This document shows positions 8,438-17,037 of a stretch of DNA of 59,743 bases, piece by piece. This DNA comes from Clostridium sp. CAG:492. Lineage in GTDB: Bacteria > Bacillota > Clostridia > TANB77 > CAG-508. The stretch covers positions 79,048 to 138,790 of the forward strand of contig FR878266.1 of the NCBI GenBank assembly GCA_000434335.1, given 5' to 3'. Below the pieces are notes generated by a model. The model searched no databases. It saw nothing but the letters and a program-made list of their open reading frames with translations, and was not told the origin of the DNA. How positions within the stretch are numbered: position 1 is the first letter of the stretch; each line of letters starts with the position of its first letter. A program made the translations under genes and the position numbers.

Positions 8438-8947
8438 TTATAAATCTACCTCAAATAACACATTTGACTCTTCGTTTTCCCCAATTTCTTCCACAGAAAC
8501 TTTGGTAACTATGGTTTTAAACTTATCATTCAGCTCAAATTCAATTTGCTCATTTTCCGTAATTCCAAGGGTTATATGAGGTATATATTCAAAACTCATT
8601 TTTTGATTTAATACTTTTTCATATATTTCATTATGCAATATCTGTATCTCTTTCACGCCAGACACGACATTTAAAAATATATAGTTAGTCTTAATATTTT
8701 CATCTTTATGTAATGACACACCTGACATCACGATTTCAAATGGTTTCACGGGTTTTAAAACTTGCATTAATCTGTTTTTTAGCTCATCATTAGACATAGA
8801 GCTTTCAAACGGAAATGCTAAAGTTATATGTGGTGGCAATATTTTATACAATTCATCATACTGTTTTCTAATATTTTCAATTTTTTCTATATTGGTGAAT
8901 TGAGGAAATATTAAAATATCCCTTTTTCCTTTGTTTATATACTTCAT
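8438..8947 (-). CDS. 2H phosphoesterase superfamily protein (LigT / 2'-5' RNA ligase-like)
   Basis: Two HxT motifs: PPHITLAFPF and IPHITLGI. 169 aa. A 23-nt gap separates it from the Nudix gene, so co-transcription is likely. Confidence 0.75.
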   Translation of the reverse strand: MKYINKGKRDILIFPQFTNIEKIENIRKQYDELYKILPPHITLAFPFESSMSNDELKNRLMQVLKPVKPFEIVMSGVSLHKDENIKTNYIFLNVVSGVKEIQILHNEIYEKVLNQKMSFEYIPHITLGITENEQIEFELNDKFKTIVTKVSVEEIGENEESNVLFEVDL

Positions 8948-9133
8948 ATTTTCCCTCCTTTCTTTGATGATTGTATTATATCATAAACTTTTACAATTTA
9001 CAGGCAAATTAAAAACTAAAATGAATTTTACCACATCATAAAAATAACTTTCTTCCTATTCTTATAAACTTCAATTTTTTCTCAAAATTAAATATATAAT
9101 AGAACAAATATATTTAGGAAAGGATTAAACTCT

Positions 9134-9658
9134 ATGTATAATCATATTCCAATTTTAGGTGGCTCTGGCAGTGGAAAAAGTATTTTATGTAATATTTTAT
9201 ATTCTATTTTAAATATTCCAGCAATTCACTTGGATTCATTCAACTATCTTCCAAATTGGACTAAAGTTGATACAGAAAAACGAGACTCAATTATATAAAA
9301 AAAATTAGATTCACCTCAATGGATCATTGAGGGAAATTATAATAACACTTTAAGAACACATTTAGAAAAATCCGACTTAATAATTTGGCTCGATTACTCA
9401 ACTATTGCTTTATTAAAAGGCGTTTTAAAAAGATATATCCATTTACGACATAAAGAGCGCCCTGAAATTCCCGGATGTACAGAAAAATTAAGTTTAAATT
9501 TTTTAAAATTTGTTGCGGGTTATAAAAAATTTAAAAGACCAATTATTAAGGAAAATTTACAGAAAATTGATAATGCAAAGATTTTGATTTTCAAAAAACA
9601 AAAAGATTTAAATTCTTGGTTAAAAAGTTTTAGTGTAAATGACAATATTTTAGATTAA
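9134..9658 (+). pseudogene. Topology-modulation-protein-like P-loop kinase (FlaR/adenylate-kinase-like) interrupted by an in-frame TAA
   Basis: MYNHIPILGGSGSGKSILCN...RDSII*KKLDSPQWIIEGNYNNT...RPEIPGCTEKLSLNFLKFVAGYKKFKRP. The stop is at 9296-9298 and the same frame stays open to 9658. Conserved family motifs (Walker A, WIIEGNY, PGC-EKL) lie on both sides of the stop. Confidence 0.75.
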
Positions 9659-9746
9659 TTTATATAGTAAAATTTTAAATTATGTAACAGTACAAAGTTT
9701 AAGTAATCCTAATTTTTGCTCTGCCCAAGGTTTAAATAAAATAATA

Positions 9747-9777
9747 AAGAATCTGATAAACTTTTATTCAGATTCTT
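9747..9777. terminator. Bidirectional terminator hairpin between convergent genes
   Basis: Arms aagaatctgataaa / tttattcagattctt with flanking A and T runs. Confidence 0.6.
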
Positions 9778-9811
9778 CAAATTTTCTTTTTATTTAGCAT
9801 AATAATATTAA

Positions 9812-10283
9812 CTAGGACAGTTCTATTTTCCTTAAATATTCATCATAATTTCCAACATAAGAAAAAAATCTTTTTTCTTTTACTTCCACAATTCTTTCCG
9901 CCAAATTATTTATAAAATATCTGTCATGCGAAACCATTAATATAGTTCCTTTGTATTCATTTAAAAATTTTTCTAACCATTCTAATTTTTCCATATCTAG
10001 GTGATTTGTTGGCTCATCTAACAAAAGTATATACATTTGGATTTGTTTCTTCATATTCATAAATTTGTTTCAGCATACCTATTGTAGCATTTTTCCTAAT
10101 ATTTATTGTTCCAGCACTTATATTTTCTTGTTTCATTATAATTTTTAAAACTGTGCTTTTTCCTGCTCCATTGCAACCTATTATTGCTACTCTTTCACCT
10201 GTTTTTAGTGTTAAATTCATTCCATTTAACACATTTTTTAATCCGTAATTTTTTATTATATTATTTAATTCTATTTCTATCAT
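9812..10283 (-). pseudogene. Relic of an ABC-F (ARE-type) ATPase: frameshifted, internally deleted, second ABC domain absent
   Basis: Two overlapping ORFs. 10014-10283 carries Walker A GCNGAGKST and a Q-loop. 9812-10060 carries Walker B LLLDEPTNHLD, the H-loop SHDRYF, and then GNYDEYL where the ABC-F linker normally begins. The LSGG signature region and the whole second cassette are missing. About 170 aa remain, against the 500-plus aa usual for ABC-F proteins. Confidence 0.75.
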
Positions 10284-10313
10284 AATTATATCTCCTTATA
10301 TGTGTATTTTTAT

Positions 10314-10388
10314 AACGAGATATAATGCCATATATCAACTATTACAACGACTATATTTAATATATAGCTTTATCTCGTTGTAATAGTT
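10314..10388 (-). promoter_or_regulatory. Attenuator-like alternative hairpins in the ABC-F leader
   Basis: 10337-10350 pairs with 10375-10388 (14 bp). Alternatively, 10314-10322 pairs with 10371-10379 (9 bp). The two pairings share 10375-10379, so they are mutually exclusive. The shared segment contains the leader-ORF stop codon. Confidence 0.45.
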
Positions 10389-10444
10389 ACACAGCCGAAG
10401 CCCCTATATTTTATTTTACTCCTTAGCTCTTTTTCTCTATTCAT
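10370..10444 (-). CDS. Putative 24-aa leader peptide of the ABC-F gene
   Basis: ATG at 10444 preceded by AAAGGAGAG. Encodes MNREKELRSKIKYRGFGCVTITTR*. Its last codons lie inside the attenuator stem. Confidence 0.4.
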   Translation of the reverse strand: MNREKELRSKIKYRGFGCVTITTR

Positions 10445-10477
10445 TTTTTTTGCTCTCCTTTTTAATATTATGGTTAT

Positions 10478-10506
10478 ATAATAAGCTATTTTTTCTAGTT
10501 TGTCAA
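10478..10506 (-). promoter_or_regulatory. Sigma-A type promoter for the ABC-F leader
   Basis: TTGACA (10506-10501), 17 nt, TATTAT (10483-10478) on the minus strand. Confidence 0.4.
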
Positions 10507-10537
10507 TTCAGCTCTTTAATACCCTTACATAAATATT

Positions 10538-11398
10538 TCATTGGATATATTCTAACATAGTAGCACCAATTATTCCAGAATCATTTTTATATTTTGCTAT
10601 TCTGATATCAATACCAGGTAGATTTTCCTTTATTTTATCAAAAAAGTAATTGTCATACTCTGACATTCCACCACCTATTGAATATTTACCAATACCATAT
10701 ACACTTTCTATTTTCTTTATTCCTCCAATAAAATTTCTTATATATTCTTGCAAAAGTATCTTTGCATCAATATCATTCTTTTCTATACATCTAAAAATTT
10801 CTGTTCTTGCATACTTTTTGTTTTTTATTCTGTTATATCTTTTTGACAATCCTTCAAAACTATTTATGTATTTATCATATTTTTCTCCAACTCTTTTGTT
10901 AAGTTTGCTTATATCCCATCCGACCTCACTGATACATTTTCCATTTTTCATATATGAAATTCCCAATCCTGATCCCAATGTAAACATTACAAATTCATCC
11001 CAAGCATTTATATAATATTCACATATTCCAGCACAAGTACAATCATTTTCTGTAAAAACTTTTGTGCCATATTTTTCTAATGCTATACGCCAATTAATTT
11101 TAGTTACATTAAGAGATCTTGATCCCAAGAATATTCCTTCCTCTTTTATATTTCCTCCTGGACATGCTAATCCGATTGAAGATACTTCATTAAACTCGAA
11201 TTTACATTCTTTTTGTAGATTATCTATTAAAGATTTTATTATTTCTATGAATTTTTTAGTAGATTTTTCTATCTCTATAGTTTTATCCATTTTATTTAAT
11301 AAATATATTTTATGCTCTAATCTTTTTTCATAAATATTATACAAACCGCAAGATACATGACTAGCGCCAATATCAACACCTATATTATACTTTTTCAT
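10538..11398 (-). CDS. ROK family sugar kinase/regulator-like protein
   Basis: N-terminal GVDIGASHVS ATPase motif and a CPGG segment; ROK/BadF-type size (286 aa). Confidence 0.75.
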   Translation of the reverse strand: MKKYNIGVDIGASHVSCGLYNIYEKRLEHKIYLLNKMDKTIEIEKSTKKFIEIIKSLIDNLQKECKFEFNEVSSIGLACPGGNIKEEGIFLGSRSLNVTKINWRIALEKYGTKVFTENDCTCAGICEYYINAWDEFVMFTLGSGLGISYMKNGKCISEVGWDISKLNKRVGEKYDKYINSFEGLSKRYNRIKNKKYARTEIFRCIEKNDIDAKILLQEYIRNFIGGIKKIESVYGIGKYSIGGGMSEYDNYFFDKIKENLPGIDIRIAKYKNDSGIIGATMLEYIQ

Positions 11399-11417
11399 AT
11401 TTATCTCCTCCTAATCT

Positions 11418-12692
11418 TTAAACTCCTGTATCCTTTAATTTCTTTGAAATAGATTCGTTCTCTTTTTCTGTACTTTCAATTTTTTTAATTTTCAATATAT
11501 CTAATCCTGCTCTCACATATTTATTTTTCATAAAATATCTCCAAACAGTTCCATTCAAATAATTTTCAAGCATTAATAGCTCTATTCCCTTATCAATTCC
11601 TATATATTCCTCTGCAAACCAAGGTGATTTTTTTTCTAAATTGTATCCATCCTTAAACCCATATTTTCCCCATAATTTTGGAAAATTATTGTAATAATAT
11701 TCCATTGCTTTTATACTTTCATTTGGTGTAAAAATAATTGAACCTATTGCACCACAAGGAGATACAGTACCATCATTCATTTTATTTAAATTAGCATCAC
11801 TTGGTTTAGCTCCAAATTCACAATATCCTCTTGGAGATAAACATGAAGTTAATCCCCATGAATTTTCGTTATATGTTTTAAAATTATTCATATTATTTAT
11901 GCAATATTGTCTATTTGCTTTAGTCGCTTTTATAGAATTTTCAAACCAATCAGTTTGATTTTCATCTTTTAAATTTCTAAAATCTATCCAAGCGTGTGAA
12001 AACTGATATGGAAATAATGTCCCACAATATGTATATATCATATCTTTAATATCGCAATAATCAGCTTTTTTCCTTTGGAATGTATAATACATACTTTTGT
12101 CTATAGGAAATGTTGGAGAGCTTACTCCCAAAACATATAACATTAATTGCTCTGCATACATATCCCAATGTCCCCAAAATCCAATTTCAGGTTTATACCC
12201 CATATAAAAATAATTATTTTTTTCGTTTCTATACCACTGCCAATTTATTTTTTTATACAAAATTTCAGCCTTTTTCTTCACATCTTTTCCAAAATATTCA
12301 CCAGCAGTCAAAGCTCCACATATGAATATAGCTGTATCTATTATAGATACTTCACAGTCCCATTCTCTTTTACCATTTTCCATATTTACAAAATGATAAA
12401 AAAAGCCGTTTATTCCTTCAACATTATTAATAAATGTATCTAAAGTCCCAACTGCTTTATTATATGCACTTTTATATGAAATCCATTTGTGTTTTACTCC
12501 TATGACCAATGCTGCTAATCCGTAACCAACAGATGCTATACTTGAAATATTATCTGCCAATATTGTTTTATCTCTAATAAGACCATATCCCTCACTTTTC
12601 GTGTCATCATTTACTTCATTAATAAAGAATTTATAACAAGCTTTTAGTTCCTTTCTTACAATTTTTTTACCATAACATTTCAATATCCTCAT
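11418..12692 (-). CDS. Glucoamylase-family protein (DUF3131 / GH144-like beta-1,2-glucanase type)
   Basis: 424 aa. The pattern of aromatic/acidic segments (FFYHFVNMENGKREWDCEVSIIDTA, YQFSHAWIDFR, GYNLEKKSPWFAEEYIGIDKG) resembles that family from memory. No signal peptide. Confidence 0.5.
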   Translation of the reverse strand: MRILKCYGKKIVRKELKACYKFFINEVNDDTKSEGYGLIRDKTILADNISSIASVGYGLAALVIGVKHKWISYKSAYNKAVGTLDTFINNVEGINGFFYHFVNMENGKREWDCEVSIIDTAIFICGALTAGEYFGKDVKKKAEILYKKINWQWYRNEKNNYFYMGYKPEIGFWGHWDMYAEQLMLYVLGVSSPTFPIDKSMYYTFQRKKADYCDIKDMIYTYCGTLFPYQFSHAWIDFRNLKDENQTDWFENSIKATKANRQYCINNMNNFKTYNENSWGLTSCLSPRGYCEFGAKPSDANLNKMNDGTVSPCGAIGSIIFTPNESIKAMEYYYNNFPKLWGKYGFKDGYNLEKKSPWFAEEYIGIDKGIELLMLENYLNGTVWRYFMKNKYVRAGLDILKIKKIESTEKENESISKKLKDTGV

Positions 12693-12781
12693 TTACACCA
12701 CGATCCCTTTATTTAATTATATTTTCATTTTTTATAATAATCAATGGAAATAACTGGAAACCACTTTTACCTTTTAAGTTA

Positions 12782-12810
12782 TTGATTTTCTTAAATTTTG
12801 CTTGTATAAT
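12782..12810 (+). promoter_or_regulatory. Sigma-A type promoter upstream of the FliB-like gene
   Basis: TTGATT (12782-12787), 17 nt, TATAAT (12805-12810). Confidence 0.45.
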
Positions 12811-13000
12811 TTTAGAAAAAGCGTGAAAAGGAACTTTATATAATACAAATCTCTAAAAGGCTTAAAATTGAATTCTGGAAATAGATCAAAAATTAATTTA
12901 AACAAATTTGACTAATTCCATTAATTTCAAATATGTCACAATTTCCCAAAAATGGGAAAAGAGAACCGTCCCCTTTTCCCAGGAAGAAGGTTATATTATT

Positions 13001-14062
13001 ATGAAATTACGAACACCTACATATTTTAATGAATTTCATTGCATTGCAGACAAATGTAAAGATTGTTGTTGCATTGGTTGGGAAATTGATATAGATAAAA
13101 AATCTGCTGATTTTTATAAAAATGTATCTGGTGAATTTGGAGAAAAATTGAGAAAAAGTATTGATTTTGGTTCACCTAGCCATTTTGCTTTAAATGATAA
13201 AAATCGATGTCCTCTTTTAAATAACAAAAATCTTTGTGAAGTTTATATACAATTAGGTGAAGACAAAATGTGTGATATATGTACAGAACACCCACGATAT
13301 TATGAGTGGTTTAATAATTTAAAAGAAGGTGGAATTGGATTGTGTTGTGAAGAAGCTGGACGAATAATTTTGTCACAAAAACAACCTTTTACAACAACAG
13401 AAAAAGAAATTCCTTTTGAAGATGCAGATACTTATGATATGGAATTATTTAACTATCTTTTAAACTGCAGAGCAAAAATAATCTCACACATTGAAAATAC
13501 TGAAAAAAATTTCAACCTAAAGATTCGCAATATATTATGGTATGCTTATACAATTCAATTAGATATTGATAATGATATGCTAGATGATGAAGAAATTTTT
13601 GATATAATAGATTACGAAAAAACAGATATAACACCAATTCTAAATTTTTACACAACGCTAGATCCACTTAATCCAGATTGGATACCTTATTTAAAACATA
13701 GTATTTTAATATATAATAATTCACAAAACTCTCTACATGATTTTGAAAAACAAAATCCACAACTTAATAATTACTTACAAAATATAGCAATATACTTTAT
13801 TTGGAGATATTTTTTAAAAGCTACATTTGATAAAGATGTACTTTCAAAAGTAGAATTTATGGCAATAAGTATAGCTCTAATAAAAATTTTATTCTTTTGC
13901 CAATGGTTAGAGAGCAAAACATTAACACTTGAAGACTGCACAGAAATAGTAAAAAACTTTTCAAAAGAAATAGAATATAGTGAAGATAATTTACAAAAGA
14001 TTGAAGATATCTTCTATGATTCAACAGATTTTTCTATAAATAATATAATTGGAATATTTTAA
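13001..14062 (+). CDS. FliB-family (flagellin lysine-N-methylase-like) Cys-cluster protein
   Basis: MKLRTPTYFNEFHCIADKCKDCCCIGWEI..., the N-terminal CxxxC..CCC cluster typical of FliB/YkgJ-like proteins. The ATG at 13001 is in frame with the track ORF (TTG at 12908) and gives the family-typical N-terminus. Confidence 0.5.
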   Translation: MKLRTPTYFNEFHCIADKCKDCCCIGWEIDIDKKSADFYKNVSGEFGEKLRKSIDFGSPSHFALNDKNRCPLLNNKNLCEVYIQLGEDKMCDICTEHPRYYEWFNNLKEGGIGLCCEEAGRIILSQKQPFTTTEKEIPFEDADTYDMELFNYLLNCRAKIISHIENTEKNFNLKIRNILWYAYTIQLDIDNDMLDDEEIFDIIDYEKTDITPILNFYTTLDPLNPDWIPYLKHSILIYNNSQNSLHDFEKQNPQLNNYLQNIAIYFIWRYFLKATFDKDVLSKVEFMAISIALIKILFFCQWLESKTLTLEDCTEIVKNFSKEIEYSEDNLQKIEDIFYDSTDFSINNIIGIF

Positions 14063-14169
14063 AAATATAATGATATAAAAATTTTAGTACTAATATAAAA
14101 TATAGAAAATGACTTTCAAAATATTCCACAATTTACGTATATTTTTTAATTAATAATACTAAATATAAA

Positions 14170-14205
14170 AAGATATTCGAGTTATTCTTTCAACTCGAAT
14201 ATCTT
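14170..14205. terminator. Bidirectional terminator between convergent genes
   Basis: 14-bp arms aagatattcgagtt / aactcgaatatctt with flanking A/T runs. Confidence 0.65.
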
Positions 14206-14230
14206 TTTAATAATTTATTATTGTCTATTT

Positions 14231-15001
14231 TCAAGACTCTTTACATTTTTCAAAAATATAATCACTCACAAACTTCTCAATAATTCTTAGCCTTTTCTCT
14301 GACACATCATCCTTCAAATGATATCTTTTTAAAGTATCTATAACATAATTTTTCTCGTTAATAATTTGAAAAGTTTCTTTAAAATTAATATCAAAAACCA
14401 TAGCCATAACTGAAATTACATTATCTATGTAATCAATTCTTCTGCCTTTTTTTCTTTTGACTAATTTCTTATTCATCACTTCATCAAATACTTCGTCTGC
14501 AACTGTAGATGAATTAACTTCTTCTTCATCACCTTTGAAAAAAATATTAGCAGACTCATATAAAATATCGGTTTTATCAGCATCTCTTATAATTTTTGCA
14601 AATAGAAGTTCTTCACTATTTAATCCTTCTTCGATTGCAAATTTATTATGATTTTTTATTGCTTTAAAAATTAAATCATCATATTTATCAGTTTTAACAT
14701 AGTTTCTAATATTATTTTTCAAAATTTCTACACCATAATCACCATGGTCAAAACTTTCTAAATCCCTATATGTTTGATGAATTTTATATTGATCAAATCT
14801 ACCAATATCGTGAAGCAAACCAATTATTGAAGCAATTTCAATTTGTTCTTGTGTTAAATTCAATCTTGTAGCAATATCTTTTGAAACTTTCATAACTCTA
14901 ATTGAGTGATATATTTTTCTATCTATATTTTTATCTTTTGTATCAAATTGTTTTATATAAATTTTAAATTTACTTATAGCATTATCTAAATCTATATACA
15001 T
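14231..15001 (-). CDS. HD domain phosphohydrolase
   Basis: HSIRV ... LLHDIGR motif; 256 aa. Confidence 0.8.
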   Translation of the reverse strand: MYIDLDNAISKFKIYIKQFDTKDKNIDRKIYHSIRVMKVSKDIATRLNLTQEQIEIASIIGLLHDIGRFDQYKIHQTYRDLESFDHGDYGVEILKNNIRNYVKTDKYDDLIFKAIKNHNKFAIEEGLNSEELLFAKIIRDADKTDILYESANIFFKGDEEEVNSSTVADEVFDEVMNKKLVKRKKGRRIDYIDNVISVMAMVFDINFKETFQIINEKNYVIDTLKRYHLKDDVSEKRLRIIEKFVSDYIFEKCKES

Positions 15002-15016
15002 ATATTTTTCTCCAAA

Positions 15017-16189
15017 TTAAATTCTATTAACACCATCTTTTATTGCAGCTTCTGAAACAGCTTTTGCTACAGCATTTTTAACTCTTGGATCAAAAGCTTG
15101 TGGTAAAATATATTCTTCATTTAGATCATCATCACTAACAAGACCAGCAATTGCATATGCAGCAGCAATCTTCATATTTTCTGTTATTTGACTAGCTCTA
15201 ACATCTAATGCACCTCTAAAAATTCCAGGGAATGCAATAACATTATTAATTTGATTTGGAAAATCTGAACGACCTGTTCCCATTATTTTAACCCCTGCTT
15301 TTTTTGCTTCATCTGGCATAATTTCTGGAGTTGGATTAGCCATAGCAAATACAACTGGATCATCGTTCATTGTTTTAATCATTTCTGCAGTTAATACTCC
15401 AGGAGCAGAAACTCCAATAAATATATCTGCACCAACTAAAGCATCTTTTAATGTTCCTTTTGTAAAACTTCTATTTGTAACTTTTGCAATAGATTCCTTA
15501 ATTGGATTTAAGTTTTCTCTTCCCTCATATATTGCACCAGTTCTATCACATAAAATAACATCTTTTAAACCTAAAGTCATTAATAATTTAGCAATAGCAA
15601 TACCTGCTGCACCAGCTCCATTTATAACAGCTCTACAATTTTCTATAGATTTATTCAAAATCTTCATTGAATTTATAATTGCAGCACTTGTAACAATTGC
15701 AGTTCCATGTTGATCATCGTGAAAAACTGGAATATCGCATTTTTCCTTAAGTTTTTCTTCAATTTCAAAACAACGAGGTGCAGAAATATCTTCAAGGTTG
15801 ATTCCACCAAAAGATCCACTTATGTTATAAACTGTTTGAACAAATTCGTCTACATCCTTTGTCCTAACACAAATAGGAAATGCATCTACATCACCAAATT
15901 CTTTAAATAAAACGCTCTTTCCTTCCATAACTGGCATACCTGCCTCTGGACCAATATCTCCTAATCCTAATACAGCTGTTCCATCAGTTATAACAGCAAC
16001 CATATTCCAACGACGAGTTAATTCCCAACTTTTTTTATAATCCTTTTGAATTTCAAGACAAGGTTCAGCAACTCCAGGTGTATATGCTAATGATAAAGCC
16101 TCTTTACTATCAACTTTAGCTCTTGCAGAAATCTCAAGTTTTCCTTTCCATTCATAGTGTTTTTTCAATGATTCTTCTCTATAATTCAT
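15017..16189 (-). CDS. NAD(P)-dependent malic enzyme (short form)
   Basis: 390 aa. [26 protein letters not shown] and NGAGAAGIA Rossmann motifs. Confidence 0.9.
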   Translation of the reverse strand: MNYREESLKKHYEWKGKLEISARAKVDSKEALSLAYTPGVAEPCLEIQKDYKKSWELTRRWNMVAVITDGTAVLGLGDIGPEAGMPVMEGKSVLFKEFGDVDAFPICVRTKDVDEFVQTVYNISGSFGGINLEDISAPRCFEIEEKLKEKCDIPVFHDDQHGTAIVTSAAIINSMKILNKSIENCRAVINGAGAAGIAIAKLLMTLGLKDVILCDRTGAIYEGRENLNPIKESIAKVTNRSFTKGTLKDALVGADIFIGVSAPGVLTAEMIKTMNDDPVVFAMANPTPEIMPDEAKKAGVKIMGTGRSDFPNQINNVIAFPGIFRGALDVRASQITENMKIAAAYAIAGLVSDDDLNEEYILPQAFDPRVKNAVAKAVSEAAIKDGVNRI

Positions 16190-16223
16190 GTTGTCCTCCT
16201 TAATTTTTATTTAATACAATATT

Positions 16224-16252
16224 ATTATACTCGTCTCAAATTTTATCGTCAA
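16224..16252 (-). promoter_or_regulatory. Sigma-A promoter of the malic enzyme gene
   Basis: TTGACG (16252-16247), 17 nt, TATAAT (16229-16224) on the minus strand, about 35 nt upstream of the start codon. Confidence 0.55.
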
Positions 16253-16298
16253 TTTATTTTATGAAATCTGTAAAAAACTGACCACTTGTTTAAAATGT

Positions 16299-16347
16299 GT
16301 CAATGGGGACAGTTCTTTTTGACAACACCTTTGTCCATACACACCTT
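16299..16347. repeat. Copy A of a roughly 45-nt repeated element containing GTCAA-N15-TTGAC
   Basis: GTCAATGGGGACAGTTCTTTTTGACAACACCTTTGTCCATACACA aligns with copy B at 16966-17012 (about three quarters identical by eye). Confidence 0.55.
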
Positions 16348-16370
16348 TTTAAATTTTTCCTTAAAAAAAA

Positions 16371-16390
16371 ATGGAACCTTTCGGTTCCAT
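16371..16390. terminator. Bidirectional terminator after hsp20
   Basis: atggaacc tttc ggttccat, flanked by an A-run and a T-run. Confidence 0.7.
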
Positions 16391-16393
16391 TTT

Positions 16394-16804
16394 TTACTCA
16401 ATAGGAATATTCTTCTTTTCACTTTTTGCGTTTTCATCTTTCTTTGGAACAGTTAACTTTAATGTTCCATTTTTAAATTTAGCTTTGATATCCTCTTCTT
16501 TTACATCTTTACCTACAAAGAAACTTCTTGAACATTCTCCTATATATCTTTCTTTGTGGATATATTTCTTTTTCTTGTCTTCCTCTTCTTCATCTTTTTT
16601 TGCTGTTACTGTAAGGTATCCATTATCAATTTCAAGTTGAATATCTTCTTTATTATATCCTGGTAAATCAACTTCAATTTCGTATCCATCATCAATTTCT
16701 TTAATATCTGTTTTCATTAAACGACTTTCTTTCATACTAAAAAATGGATCAGAAAACATTTCGTCAAATAAGTCCATTTCTTTTTTTCTTGGCATTAACA
16801 TCAT
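16394..16804 (-). CDS. Small heat-shock protein, Hsp20/alpha-crystallin family
   Basis: Alpha-crystallin domain (DIKEIDDGYEIEVDLPGYNKEDIQLEIDNGYLTVTA...). ATG at 16804 is preceded by AAGGAGGA plus 7 nt; the track ORF starts further upstream at 16849. Confidence 0.9.
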   Translation of the reverse strand: MMLMPRKKEMDLFDEMFSDPFFSMKESRLMKTDIKEIDDGYEIEVDLPGYNKEDIQLEIDNGYLTVTAKKDEEEEDKKKKYIHKERYIGECSRSFFVGKDVKEEDIKAKFKNGTLKLTVPKKDENAKSEKKNIPIE

Positions 16805-16860
16805 AATAGATTCCTCCTTAAAATACATATTCTTTTGTAAACTTTTCATTTACAGTTTAT

Positions 16861-16888
16861 ATTATATCCCAATTTTTAGCAAAGTCAA
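16861..16888 (-). promoter_or_regulatory. Sigma-A promoter of hsp20
   Basis: TTGACT (16888-16883), 16 nt, TATAAT (16866-16861) on the minus strand. Confidence 0.5.
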
Positions 16889-16902
16889 TATATGAGTGCT
16901 AA
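16876..16902. promoter_or_regulatory. CIRCE operator (HrcA binding site)
   Basis: TTAGCAAAG-N9-GAGTGCTAA against the consensus TTAGCACTC-N9-GAGTGCTAA. It overlaps the -35 box of the hsp20 promoter. Confidence 0.7.
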
Positions 16903-16965
16903 TTTTCACATAAAGTTCACCTAATTAGCAAATTAGTATCATATTTGACCAACTCTGAAGAATAA

Positions 16966-17012
16966 GTCAATGAAAACAGAGCTTTTTGACACAACCTTTG
17001 AAATACGCAGCT
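16966..17012. repeat. Copy B of the roughly 45-nt repeated element containing GTCAA-N15-TTGAC
   Basis: GTCAATGAAAACAGAGCTTTTTGACACAACCTTTGAAATACGCA. See copy A. Confidence 0.55.
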
Positions 17013-17037
17013 AAAATTTAAGAACAAAAATGGGTAT

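Noticed and set aside
16371-16640. 89-aa plus-strand ORF
   Set aside because: It is antisense to hsp20 and begins inside the terminator hairpin. The product is a Phe/Ser-rich shadow ORF.
16944-16950. GGTCAAA heptad (minus strand) upstream of hsp20, considered as a CtsR operator
   Set aside because: Only one heptad matches. The required second direct repeat three nt away (GATACTA) does not match.
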